Shown here one piece after another: positions 51,532-64,000 of a stretch of 64,000 bases of DNA. The notes beneath the pieces are model-generated. The model did no database searches, had not been told where the DNA came from, and saw nothing but the letters and a program-made list of their open reading frames with translations. This stretch comes from Toensbergia leucococca (lineage: Eukaryota), in contig JALDZS010000002.1 of the NCBI GenBank assembly GCA_022813965.1, positions 310,001 to 374,000 of the forward strand, given 5' to 3'. Position 1 is the stretch's first letter, and every line of letters starts with the position of its first letter. The translations under genes were made by a program, and so were the position numbers.

Positions 51532-51847
51532 TCACCGCTTTGGATCGACCTCCCACGGTCAGCACCAACTACAGCATCAATCACCCATCTCAACTCAACA
51601 AGATCATTCCCTGTTTCCCGTGAATACTCGAGTGAGAAACAGCAACCACGGTACTGGGCCTTATATATCATCTACGTCTATCCAACGGTTTAGTCCTTCC
51701 GGTCAACGCTTGAAACATCATTTTTACGCATCTTCTGCACCTTCATCGTCTACTGCTCTTCAACAGTCCCCTCGCTCTCGACCACCTGTTCCTCTTTTTT
51801 CTAGCAATAGTTCCGACAAAGTCCAGCAATATCAAGGATCTAAAGAC

Positions 51848-52654
51848 ATGGGTGAATTTAGTTTTGAAGGTATTCTTCAAACACCACCGTCAACCTCATC
51901 ATCAGAGCTGACCAGTCCACTATCAGACACGATGGAGAAAACCGACTATGTCTGGGCCGGGGATGAACTTCTTTCCACGCTCGACAATGACACCTCAGTC
52001 AGTTCTTTTTTCGACCTTCCAGACTACAACCAGGAGCTACCCTCTCTTCCTTTTGTGTCTATAAACGATCCGACTACGGCGCAGATGTCAACTTCTTACC
52101 AGACCATCTCTCCTCAGGATACGATGCTGGATGCCACGTCTGCGCCAACGTCCACGACGTTCACTGAGCTAACTACACCCGGGACTTCATACGGTTTCAA
52201 CAGCACCGACACATCACCTATGTTCGGTGCCGATGAACTTGGCTCTGATGCTGACACATGGGCGCCTTTGTTCCCTGGTGATAGCAACGACATTGGCGCG
52301 CAGACTTCTCCACTTCAGCCCATGGAGTCTCCGTCGACTACCCTGATTGCCCCAAAAATGTCTCGCAACAAGTCTTCCCCTGACCAGTCATCAGCTCGCA
52401 GCTCGAACCAGGGCCGTCACTCTATCAGCTCGGGAGTCAACCCACGGACCCGAGGCAAGCCCTTGGCGCCAATCAAAGTCGACGACCCAACTGATACCGT
52501 AGCGGTCAAGCGTGCCAGGAATACTGCGGCGGCACGAAAGTCACGGCAAAAGCGTGTTGAGAAGAGCGAGGAGATGTTACAGACTATTGCAGAACTAGAG
52601 AAGAGTGTGGATTATTGGAAGAACATTGCGCTGCAGATGGGTTTTGAATCTTGA
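51848..52654 (+). CDS. cpcA: Cross-pathway control bZIP transcription factor CpcA/CPC-1/Gcn4 (intron 51852-51926)
   Basis: TISPQD, SAPTSTTFTELTTP, TSPMF, WAPLFP, bZIP DTVAVKRARNTAAARKSRQKR..YWKNIAL; characteristic uORF leader. Confidence 0.95.
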   Translation: MGEFSFEGILQTPPSTSSSELTSPLSDTMEKTDYVWAGDELLSTLDNDTSVSSFFDLPDYNQELPSLPFVSINDPTTAQMSTSYQTISPQDTMLDATSAPTSTTFTELTTPGTSYGFNSTDTSPMFGADELGSDADTWAPLFPGDSNDIGAQTSPLQPMESPSTTLIAPKMSRNKSSPDQSSARSSNQGRHSISSGVNPRTRGKPLAPIKVDDPTDTVAVKRARNTAAARKSRQKRVEKSEEMLQTIAELEKSVDYWKNIALQMGFES

Positions 52655-53449
52655 AGATGCTTTCTATGATGTGTGTGTATGGGGGTTGGGGGTCGGGTCT
52701 TGATTGACTCGTACCACAACAAGAGGTCGGTAGCAGCAACCGACCGAGGATTACAGGTCATGGGTTTTCTCAAAAGTCGTTTTTCTTGTCCTTTTCCTTT
52801 CTTCCACACCTCGCGGCGTCCTCTGGGGAAACGAACCCCTGTATTTGCTTTTGACTGCACATCTCAAGTCTTATCCGGTGGCTTGTTCGCCTCCCTTTCT
52901 TGCAAGCGGGGTGGTTCACTCTTTTACTTTTACGAGTCTAGATGACTTGCGATGATGGTTTGTTTGGGGCCGGTTCTGACGTCTCCCCAAGTGTGGGATT
53001 GACTCGTGGCTATTGTTTCTTTTCTCACCTTTTCTTTCCATGGATGACGGACGATGTGCGTGTGCGCTTTTTCCTTTTTCAGTTTGCCTGCGAGAGTATC
53101 TGTTTTCGCGACCTATATTAAGTAGTACTGCTATGAAATAATCAAGGATTTCATCATCTTTGAATTGGTAGCTTTTGATGGGTTGTGATTCTTGATGTGT
53201 CTGATGCGCTATCTTGTAAAGTCTGTAGATGACTCACTTCCCCCTATTCCCTTTCATCCTGCCTCCCATCTGCCTGCTGCCTCCATCACATGCGTTCTCC
53301 TTCCTTCATTCCCGATGTGTAGGCTACAGCATCACTAATGCATATATATTAGTTCGGTCCCATTACTAGGTATATCATATCATATTATTTACAGATCCCA
53401 CGCCCAGTTCGTCTCCTTCTTGCTCCCCAACCACGCCCCATCCAAATAC

Positions 53450-56400
53450 TCACCGCGATCCCCTCTCAGGAAACAACACATGCACCACCTCATCCAGCAA
53501 CGAAAACACCAGATGTGTATTCAACCTCCGATTATTCACCGTGGCAAATATCCTCCGACTCGCCGCCTGCGCATTCGCCCTCCCCACCACATTGCCCGCC
53601 AGATCCGGAATCAGCGTCGCGAGCATAACGCTTGCTTCGCGACGACTGTGGATTTTTTCGGCGTCAGTGCGAACGACACCTCCGCGGGTGTCTGATGATG
53701 ATGATGATGGTGGTTGAGAAGAAGGAGGGGCTTGATGAGGCCAGAGGGAATCTTTGGCGAGGGCAATGTATTTAAGCACGCTGTCTTCCTGGGCCAAGGT
53801 GCGGGCCTGTTCGCGGACTTTGCGCTCGACGGTGCCACCGAGGAGTTGATGGAGGACGACGACGACGGCGCGGCCGCGGAGCCAGTTGTTGCCGCGGTTG
53901 AGCTCAAAGGTTTCGAGGAAAAGGTCGCTGATTGGTTTGACAAAGGGTTCGAGGTCTCTGTTCTCAAAGGCTTCGAGCTCGGCACGGGCTTCGGCTGTGT
54001 GGAGGGGCTCGTTGTCGTTATCAGAGGAAGAGCGGGCGGTGACAGGGTGGGCAGCGGAGACCGTGTTGAGTTGGCTAGTTGCGGCGGAGACGAGATTTTG
54101 GCCGGCGATGGTGAGTTGGTCCAGGACGGGTAGGTTGCCGAGGAACTCGTCCATGCCGTCGGAGACTGAGTTGTAGATTCGGGAGACGATGTCTTTTCTT
54201 TCGCCTTCGCGGCCGCGGTCTGTGGTTGAGAGGATGGCCTGTTGGGAGAGGAAGGCTCGAAGGTCACGGCCACGGCATACGGCTGGGAGTTGAAGCAGCT
54301 CGCGGAGGTAATGTTCTAGTGACACACGACGCTTATGTAGGAAGTCCCGTTGAAGTTTCATGACGAGTCGCCGTCTTGGAAATTCTAGTTGTCGGACTGT
54401 TGGGTAGATGGTGCGGAGACGTTGGTGCAGGTCATGGAACTCGCTGTACCTTCGAGCTACTGCCCAGGAGGCGGCAGACATGTGCTCGCCGGCCTCACGC
54501 TGCACTTCTATCACGTACAGTGCAAATTCTTGCCCATCATTCTGTTTGCCGACCATGATGGATTTGATCTCGATTTTGGCGCGGCCGTAAAGACTATTGT
54601 CGCTCTCTTGAACAATGTATTGCTGCCTTTGGAGTTCCTTGCGGCGTATCTCACGCTGCAAGCTTGACTTGGACTTGCCTAAAATACGAAGCTCGGCAAC
54701 GTTGTTGGTTAGCTCGGCTTTCCGAGTCAGAGTATCGACGATGGATTCTTGGGCGACAAGTCTTTCAATATCAGAGGTCAAGGCAGATATTGCTTCTGCT
54801 AATCCGAGGTCTCCAGGTGCAGCTTCATGGATCTCGTCTTCAAGCCCCTTCTCGAGTGCAAAATCTTCCGGATCGGCGTGCTCGTCTTCGATGAATTTCT
54901 CCTCGTCGCCAAAGAGATCATCGTCTGTAAAAACGCCAATACGTGACGAAGTGTTCACCAAGCCCAGCGAAGCCAGATTCGGCCGTTCTCTTTCTTTCTC
55001 GGAGAAGATAGAGTCCATCCGCTGGGAGTCCCCCAAGCTTTGCGGCGAGTCAATTACTTTTGCAGATGAGAAGATTGTATCCGCAGACTCGAACAGAGAA
55101 TTCTTCGGGTCGTCTTCCTTAGGATCGCTCGTCATTATATCATTCAAGGCTGCTTCCATGGCTTCGACCACTTGCTCCTGATTACCATCTACTTGATCCT
55201 CCCTCAGCGATTCAGTATCTAAGCTATGTGTGGACCTTGTCATGGCCTCCGTATCAATATCGTCATCAAACAAAGGACCAGATGTGTTCACATCGAATGA
55301 ACGACGCGTTTGCGCATTGTGAACCTCCTCAAGACTTTTCGCTGAGGACTTGAGATCGCTACTAGATGCTACATTTCTTCTTAAATTTAGGCGGCTCGTA
55401 CTGAGACCAGAGCTCACGCGAGCTAGTGGTGGCGGCTTCGCCTGAGCGTCAGACATCGATGCTTTTAAAACAGGCTTGATTGCTCGTATTGCTGGTTTGG
55501 GCATCACCCTCCCAGATGCATCATCAGAAGTTAGATATTTATAGTATAGATCGGACTGTTTAAAGCCTGGATAGTGTTCGTCCTGCATCTTCTCCAGTAC
55601 TGCCGACTGCGCTCTTAGAACAGCATTGCGAGCCCGTAGATATTGAGATGGAGTAGCGTTTCTGCTTGCCTTTAAAAATTCCATTACTCCCTCCCGAGAC
55701 TCTTTTGGGACGTCGAGTTCTGGCTTCGAAAGATACACCTCATTGATCTGTGCAATATCGGATCTGTCTGAATCCGTCCATTTGAGCGGAATTCCAGACA
55801 CGTTGTCGTCGGACAGCAGTGTGTCTTCTAATGGGTTCCGAAACCCATCCACCACAATCCAAAACTGGACAAGAGTCATAAGTCGCTGTCGATCCATGTA
55901 CTCCATGAAATATGATAACCCCGATGCGTCATGGAGAAGCTCTGTGATCGATGCATTCACCATACTCGAGGCTGCATGGCCATTCGTTGAGTTGGGCTGA
56001 GAAGCCCGAGCTGAAGCGGCGCCCCCTACCGCGCTTAGCTTCCCGACCCTTTGGTCTAATAGACGTTTACCGGTTTCGAGGCGCCGTAAATAGGTCTGAT
56101 CTTGGCCATCCATCATTGATTCCCGCTTCAATTGGCTAGCAACTTCGCTCCGAAACCTTCGGGCCTCCGAAAGGTTGTTGCATTGACGAATGGCCCTGAT
56201 AAAGCGCTCAAACTTACGTTCATCGTCAATGGGAGACAGTCTGGGAAAGCTTAGATGCCTCGTAGATTTTGGAGCTGGCGACGCATGTTGATCCAGCGCA
56301 GCCCGAAGTTTGCGAACAGTCCTGCGATCTTGGATCACAGTACGGCCCTGGTCTCGTCAGCAACCATTCGACAGAACCTCAAGCTGTAAAGCTTACGTAT

Positions 56401-57254
56401 GCTTCCATCAATCTGTTCCATGTGTCCGGATCAGATAACAGTTGCATGACGGGCGCCAGTACCGCGCAAGCCACAAGTTCTCTGATCAATACGGAAACTA
56501 CTCTGCTCTTTATCATACTCTCAGGCAGGATCTCAGGCATTAACCGTACAACAATCTTACGCAAGTATTCCTGTTGTACGAGTTTCATGTCTGAGAAAGC
56601 CAGTGACGCCGCAGGATGTAACTTCCCGTTCCGATACTTCCCAGCGATTGCAAGATCCAGTTCATCTGATTCTGTAAAATTCCGGTTGAGGTGCTTGCCT
56701 CTAATGACTCTCTCAGCGTCGTAGAAATCCTTCAAGTGGTTTGTAACAAGTGGGACAATGCGTGAAACAGCTACCTCAACAACATCAACGCCGAATATTC
56801 TATCCCTTATGCTGACTATTGCTGTCCGCAATGCCCGATCAATTTCGTTGATGAAGTTGGGACTGCGGGTGATGTTGGTGTACCACGAAGCAACAAAGTG
56901 TGCGAGAACCAAGTCTAGAAGGCTGTCGAGACTGTCCGATATGACAAATGACGGAGGGTAGAGAGGTGCTCTTTTGTAGATGGCATTGCTGGACAACCAC
57001 GCGGTTTCCACCTTCCATGCCTGAGGGGCCAAGAAGGCGGCATTCCTGGGACTCCGAATAGATAGCCTGTCCACATCTTGCTTACTTCTTGAGCTTAGAA
57101 TGACTATCGCTCCTATTGCCAACGATCCAATGACGAGGCCTGCGGTAAATGCGTATCCAATGTATCGCAAGAGAGGAGCCCAATGTGTGATGAAACCCCA
57201 GGCAACGAAGGCTAATATTCCTGCTATGGCTACATCGAGACGCGTCAGGGCCAT
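53450..57254 (-). CDS. MDM1: Sorting nexin Mdm1/SNX13-14-like (TM-PXA-RGS-PX-Nexin_C); one intron
   Basis: PXA region (FVASWYTNIT, LLSDPDTWN), RGS (GLSYFMEYMDR..VQFW), PX (WAVARRYSEFHDLH..LEFPRR), NWLRGRAVVVVLHQLLGGTVE. Confidence 0.92.
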
Positions 57255-57500
57255 AGTCCTGGAGGAAACAGTGAGTGTTGACGCGGCATGATTGTGCTTG
57301 GATTGTCCGTGATGGTTTAGTGGAGAGAGCTCAACGGCGATGACGCTTCCCTCGGCTATAATAATCGTGCTGTCTCTTGGTACATCGGGCAAAATACCAG
57401 TATGCGGGTAATAAGAAGGATGATTTATACATGTTTCATGATGGATCAATAGATGTGAGCCTGAGAACTATATAATACAGGCCATTCAGGAGGGTTGCAT

Positions 57501-58464
<964 letters not shown>

Positions 58465-58677
58465 GTCAATGAATAGAATAATATAGGTAAATGAGAGCTA
58501 CCTACGGATACCTATGGAGTCCTCTGTACCTAGCCTCCTAGCGTTTCCTAACTCCTACTTATCGATAGAGTAAGGCTTAGCGCTAAGCTGTCCATTCCCC
58601 ACTACCCCACATGGTCACACCTATGCCCTTGTTTTAATTCCCACTTTCAGACAGCTTCGACAGTTTTCCAGCTTTCA

Positions 58678-59371
58678 ATGATGAGACCCAGAAGAAACGC
58701 CTCTCCATCCCCATCCTCGGCATTCCGCTTCCCTTCCTTCCATTCCTTTCCCCCCTTCTTTGCCCTACAACAAACCCTTGCAACACGACAAGTCCAGCTC
58801 CAGAAATGGTCTCTCCTCATCCAAGCCTACTGCCGCTTTAACCGTCTCTGGCGCCTCTCTCTTATCGATGCTCTTCAGACCCCGCTGTTCCACAATACTC
58901 AAATTCGGAAACAAATGAGTCTGCATGATGCAAGGGACATTATTGACTGGATGACGAAAGAAGACGGGCAACAGAGGGCAGAGTGGGTTGTGAAAGAGGG
59001 AAAGGGGAGTAGTGCATGGATCTACTGGAGAAGACCGGAAGAGTGGGCGGAGGTGCTCAGCAGCTGGGTGCGTTATGCCCAACCTAGTTGAGCTGAATGG
59101 TAATGCAGGGCTGATACGACTAATGCAGGTCGAAGAAACTGGACAAAAAAGTACAGTTCTCACTTTGTATGAGCTCACAAACGGAGAAGCGACTGCCTCA
59201 CAAGGTCTGTTCTCGCATGTTACCAAGAATAGCAATGAGGGGACTGACCAAGCCACAGAATTCTATGGCATGGATGCGGACATTCTACACAAATCTTTGA
59301 GTATACTAGTCAAGCGAGGTAGAGCTCAAGTATTTGGAGCAGAGGATCAGCGAGGGGTGAAGTTCTTTTGA
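58678..59371 (+). CDS. VPS25: ESCRT-II subunit Vps25; two introns
   Basis: FPSFHSFPPFFALQ, WIYWRRPEEWA, TVLTLYEL, GRAQVF..GVKFF*. Confidence 0.94.
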
Positions 59372-59547
59372 GGCCCTGTTCGAAAAGAATCCCTCCCTAT
59401 GCAAGGATGCCAAATTCCAAAAAACATGGAGCTATTTTGAAGCTCGCCAACGCCTCAACCCCAGGCTTGATACTAAGGACATTACTATGACGCCCGCCTC
59501 CCAGCTATACACCTCTGATTACCTTCACTGTGAACGCCGTGGAAGCC

Positions 59548-62330
59548 TCAAGTGTCAGACACAGCGTCTTTGTCCGTAAGAGCGTACGTGTCGGCCCAAA
59601 CAACCTTTTGCGACAGGGCCAAATCAAGCATCCAGTCCGTCTTCACGATGCGAGGGACTAACCCTGTTCCATGGACCATTTGTCGAAATTTCGGCCACAC
59701 CTTCCCCTCTTCGCGAGTAATTCCGCTTATTAAGTACACGTACTCTGGTGTATCAGGTTCTGAGCCTTCGTCAGCATCAACGCCTCCCGCTCTCGAAGAT
59801 GTATTGGATCCGGCCCGAGCTCGATATAGGAGACATTTGCCTCCATTGATTTCGATGATCGACTTGTACGTGTCAAAGCCGCCGTGAATATTTTCGGTGC
59901 AATAGATAGAGTACCCATGGAGTAAGCGTCCTTTGTTAGTCTCCGCTCTCTTGAGAGCATCAGCGATCTTGAATCCAAGCCGATTTTCGCCCTCGGTATC
60001 ATTCAGGGGAAACTCTTCAGCCGGAAGTCTCTTATTCATGGCAAGACATTGGTCAACGAAATCGGTAGATAGGATTACAGGTGCGTGTGCAAGAGCGCAA
60101 ATGAATTTCTGTGTCCGGACAATGTGAGGTGATGCGAGATGGGTGCAATTGGTAGGTTGTTGTGTAATCAAGATGCCCATCTCTCTGAGCTTTGCCTGCA
60201 GAATTTTAGCAGTGCCATGGGCTTAGAGATGCCAGGATAAACTTACACGCTCGTCGTCCTCTTTCTTTGGTAATCCCACCCATCTTTGGTAGCCAGATAA
60301 GAGCAGGCGCATTGATGGTGGTGGTGCTTTTGCTTTCCTTGCTCTCTTCACACCTCTTGTCTCTCCTTCATCCTCAATGTCACTGTCTTCGTCTTTTGAT
60401 ACTGATCTTTTTTTGTTCGTGTCCGATACCTTCTCCTCGCTAGTCTTGCGTCCACCAAAGACGACCCCGCCAACTCTTTTTGTCTCCTTCTCAAACAATG
60501 CAATATCTGGCGCAAGATCATGTAATTTGGCTACAGCACGCTCCTTCGCACTCCTGCTACCTGTAGTCGATGGCGTCTCATTTTCTTTGCCCTCTTTTAA
60601 ATGTCGCGAGGGTACAGGCGTCCTAATTCCCGATCCCTCATTCTGGCGCCGACTCTCTTTTGATGCCTTAGGCGTCGGCCTTTCAGAGAGACTAGGTCGA
60701 TGTGGCACAGCACCTTGGTCCCCAGCAGAACTTGATGGTTGAGCGGCACTACTGTTGAGTGCCGTGGAGGATGAAAGGCTCTGGTCCTTCAATCGCATTG
60801 ACTTAAGCAAATGAATATCGTCTAGTTGCATATCCACATCTGCTCCTTTGGGGAAGAAAAAGCGCTCAATAGCTAGCTTATCAATTTGTGTTTGCCCAAC
60901 AACCTCTCCTAGATTTGTTCTAGGAGGGAAGTGTGTGTAGCGAGGATTAGCAAGGGTTTGTATTTGCCACTTTGCATAGCTTTCTTCAAGCCATAAATGG
61001 TTGATCATGTTTATGTTCCATTCCTTTGCAGCGTCGCATTTTTCGCTGACCATGTGAGCCGTGATCAGATGTGTATTGTCTTCTTTCATGGTCTTGGTGA
61101 AGTCACACCCAGCCGCTTTTGCAAGATTTTCCAAATACACACGAGCTTCGCCGTTGTAATTTGATAAGCTGATACGAAAATTCTTAAAGCCTGGTAATCC
61201 TTGACGGGCGATAGGATAGTGTAAAAGCCGCCGCAGTGGAGATGTCCATCCGTTATGTGTGATTAGATAATAGAGCCACGATAGATTGCCCACGTCCTTC
61301 CCGGCTCTTGATGCAATCCGATAGTCTGATCCTTCTCGATATTGGCATACATAAATGTCCGCTTTGTGTACACTTCCAGTAACGTTGCCTCCGCCATTGG
61401 TGATCAAATCTTCGAGTGTCCCACGGAGATGACTGCCAAGCTCGAGGTCGTTTGAGAGCATGACTTTTTTGTTCAGAAAGACGGTGAGCTCGCGGCGACT
61501 TTGGCTAGGTGAGCTTGTGGGAGTGGGCAAGCGCCCGGGTTGGATGGACAAGGCGCCTCGAAGATCTGGTCTTGCGGCTTCAGGCTTACTATCTTCGGGC
61601 TTCACTCGAAGTATCTCCGGGTTGGGTAACATGTAAGGGGCTTCATCGATACGCTTCCCGAGTTTGAGACAATCATCGAACCTGGAAAGTCAGTACTATA
61701 ACGTGTATCACTCGGGTAGCCTACCAATGTGGCAAGACCAATTTGCACTTCAGATCCCTATTCAACGCAGTTTGGCATTTTTCGGGCTCTGTGGTTAAGG
61801 CTACGATATGCGTGACCAGCTTCGAGACGGGGTATGAGTGCAAGCCGCCCATTGCAAGAACACCTCCATAAATTGCTTCTTCATCCCCACTTGGCAAATC
61901 GGCGCAGCAGACAATCACACCGGAGAAGAACAGTCTAGGATCTGGACTATATTGGCGAGAATTTGCAAGCCTTGCTTTTGTAATAGACGCCCTCACCCAG
62001 TCTGGTTTGACAACAGCCTTCAGGGCGGCCACGGCAGCTTCATACTCTTGGAAATCGGATGTCGTAGATATGATGTGAGTAATTTCCTCAACAGGAATCT
62101 TGCCATTGCCTGGAAGCCTCGGGACTTGAACGGCTCCATTTTCTAGAAGGATTTCAGAAAGCTGTGTGCGATTAGCAGAACTCTACTCACAAAAGAGATT
62201 GAATATTGACTTTCTCGGCATCGCCTTGTTGAAGGGCATGAGATTGTACAACATAGAACCGAATTGAAGCAAACAGGAGCGCCTTTGGCAGCAAATGGCC
62301 GTCATGCCCTTCCACACCATTTTCAGCCAT
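59548..62330 (-). CDS. brc1: Multi-BRCT DNA damage scaffold Brc1/Rtt107; multi-exon
   Basis: RQYSPDPRLFFSGV, VLPHW-FDDCLKLG, VGNLSWLYYLI, RISLSNYNGEARVYLE, NHLWLEESY, RTQKFICALA. Confidence 0.9.
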
Positions 62331-62769
62331 GTTTATGAGGTAGATGTAGCAAGCACCACCAAGCGTGGCAGCCAAGAGTGTTCGTGTAATGTTGATCGGC
62401 GTGTCGGAATCTGTGACGCGATTTGGAAACTCGCGCTAAGTGCCCTGATCACGTGCGTCATCCAGCCCAGTCACGAGTCTCATACCTAGTCTCCCTCTGG
62501 TGAGAAACATATCTTCTTGCAAAGTACAAGCAATGATTGCTACCTTCAAGATGTACTTGAGCTGTTCATACCTACCTATATGCCCCTTCTTGTAGGCTCT
62601 TGATAATGCTAATTGAATTGTCAATCATTTAGCCTCCATCTGAGGATCTTCTGATGTCACTGAGTATCTGTACCTTTTGATTACATCCAACCACTGACAG
62701 TGCTATTCCTTTATTCTATTCTGCATACATGATCGTATCTATAACCCAGTTTTTCCATTTACAATCGCC

Positions 62770-64000
62770 ATGTGCTCCTCCATTTTCAATGTTCAAACCC
62801 ACATCCTTCCATGCCAGCACATACGCGAATACCCACGCGCAACAGCCGAAAGCCAAGAAGACATACTTGAACTCCACATCAAGCAATACACACCCATTGA
62901 AAACATAGTCCCTCAGTCCGGAGCTGTCACCATCATTGGTGCTCATGCCAATGGCTTTCCCAAAGTAGCTTCTCCAAAGACTGCCACTGTGGATGAAGCC
63001 CTAACGAGTTTAGGAGCTGTACGAGCCATTGTGGGACGAGATATACCAGCGTGCGAAACGCCACGAGTTCTCGATACGAGGATTCTGGATAGCCGATGTC
63101 TCGCATCAGGGGATGAGCTCTGTCCTGAATGAAGTTAGGATAGGCAATGACCGTGAGGCTCCCATGGATTCAGGAAGCAGCCTGTAATGTACTCACTGAG
63201 TCTCGCCGGAGCTAGCTTCATGGTTCGATCATTCGCGAGACCTCCTCCACATGATCAACCATTTCCGTGATCAAATGCCAAGGCCGTTAATAGGCATTGG
63301 CCATAGCATGGGAGGCTGCCAATTGTCAGTCCCCTGCTTCTCCTCTATCAAAAATTTACCGCTTGGCTCATGGTCAAAAGAGTCAATCTCTCCCTGATAC
63401 ACCCACGCCTCCTATCCACCCTAGTGCTCCTGGACCCCGTCATCCATATCTACACCGATCCCCCCAACACATATCCCACCCCCACCGAAGCATCGATCTA
63501 CCGCCGCGATCTCTGGCCCTCGCGAGCCTCAGCCGCCGCCTCCACCCGAAAAAGTAAATTCTACCAAGTCTGGGATCCGCGAGTTCTAGAATTATGGTTG
63601 AAACACGGCCTGCGTGATTTACCAACCACAATCTACCCTGAAACCTCAGATAGTGAAACCGCGGAAAAACCAGTCACGCTCACGACAACCCGACACCAAG
63701 AAGTCTTCAGTTTCCTGCGCCCCAACTTCTCCGGCACCAGCGCTCAAGGAAACCCCACGATCTATCGCTATACTCATGCAGACCTCGACCCTACAACTTC
63801 AGACACCTATCCCTTCTACCGCCCAGAACCCGTGATCACTTTCCACAACCTCCCCTTCCTCCGCCCAAGCGTCCTCTACATCTTCGGCGGCCAATCGGGA
63901 ATGTCATATCCAAAGTTCCGGAAACAGAAACTAGAAAACACAGGGATAGGTGTTGGCGGCAGTGGTGGCGCAAAGGAGGGACGGGTGAAGGACGTCGTCC
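62770..64000 (+). CDS. Alpha/beta hydrolase (Lpx1/MpaH/AKT2-like), truncated by window end
   Basis: PCQHIREYPRAT, IIGAHANGFPK-ELYEPLW, SWFDHSRD, nucleophile elbow IGIGHSMGG, LVLLDPVI. Confidence 0.88.

Noticed and set aside
62770..64000. Hydrolase as sign of a secondary metabolite cluster
   Set aside because: Neighbours in this window are housekeeping genes; no PKS, NRPS or tailoring genes seen, and the downstream side is not visible

Overview
Eukaryotic, intron-containing DNA from a filamentous ascomycete (Pezizomycotina); GT-AG introns with CTRAC-type branch points throughout. The first ~7 kb and 10-11.6 kb are gene-poor, with decayed coding relics including a clear NACHT-WD40 (NLR-type) C-terminal pseudogene. 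The rest is dense housekeeping territory: AGP2-like amino acid permease, prefoldin 5, ORC1, PRP46, NAS6, SGM1/TMF1, NIT2, OPI3, RXT2, a Ste11/FMF-1-like HMG-box factor, PSF1, VSB1-like SulP-STAS-cNMP transporter, a PH-domain protein, cpcA/GCN4, MDM1, TRM8, VPS25, a Brc1/Rtt107 BRCT protein and a truncated alpha/beta hydrolase. The most interesting signals are regulatory. The cpcA leader has two uORFs, a 231-codon AUG-free in-frame extension closed only by the uORF1 stop, and two upstream TGA(C/G)TCA sites. Paired TR-box-like motifs lie upstream of the Ste11-like gene, and tandem MCB boxes lie upstream of ORC1. Orientation-independent C-rich to G-rich skew switches recur across the window. Gene names come from motif recognition only, with no searches run, and exon boundaries were read by eye. 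I see no clearly novel multi-gene system.
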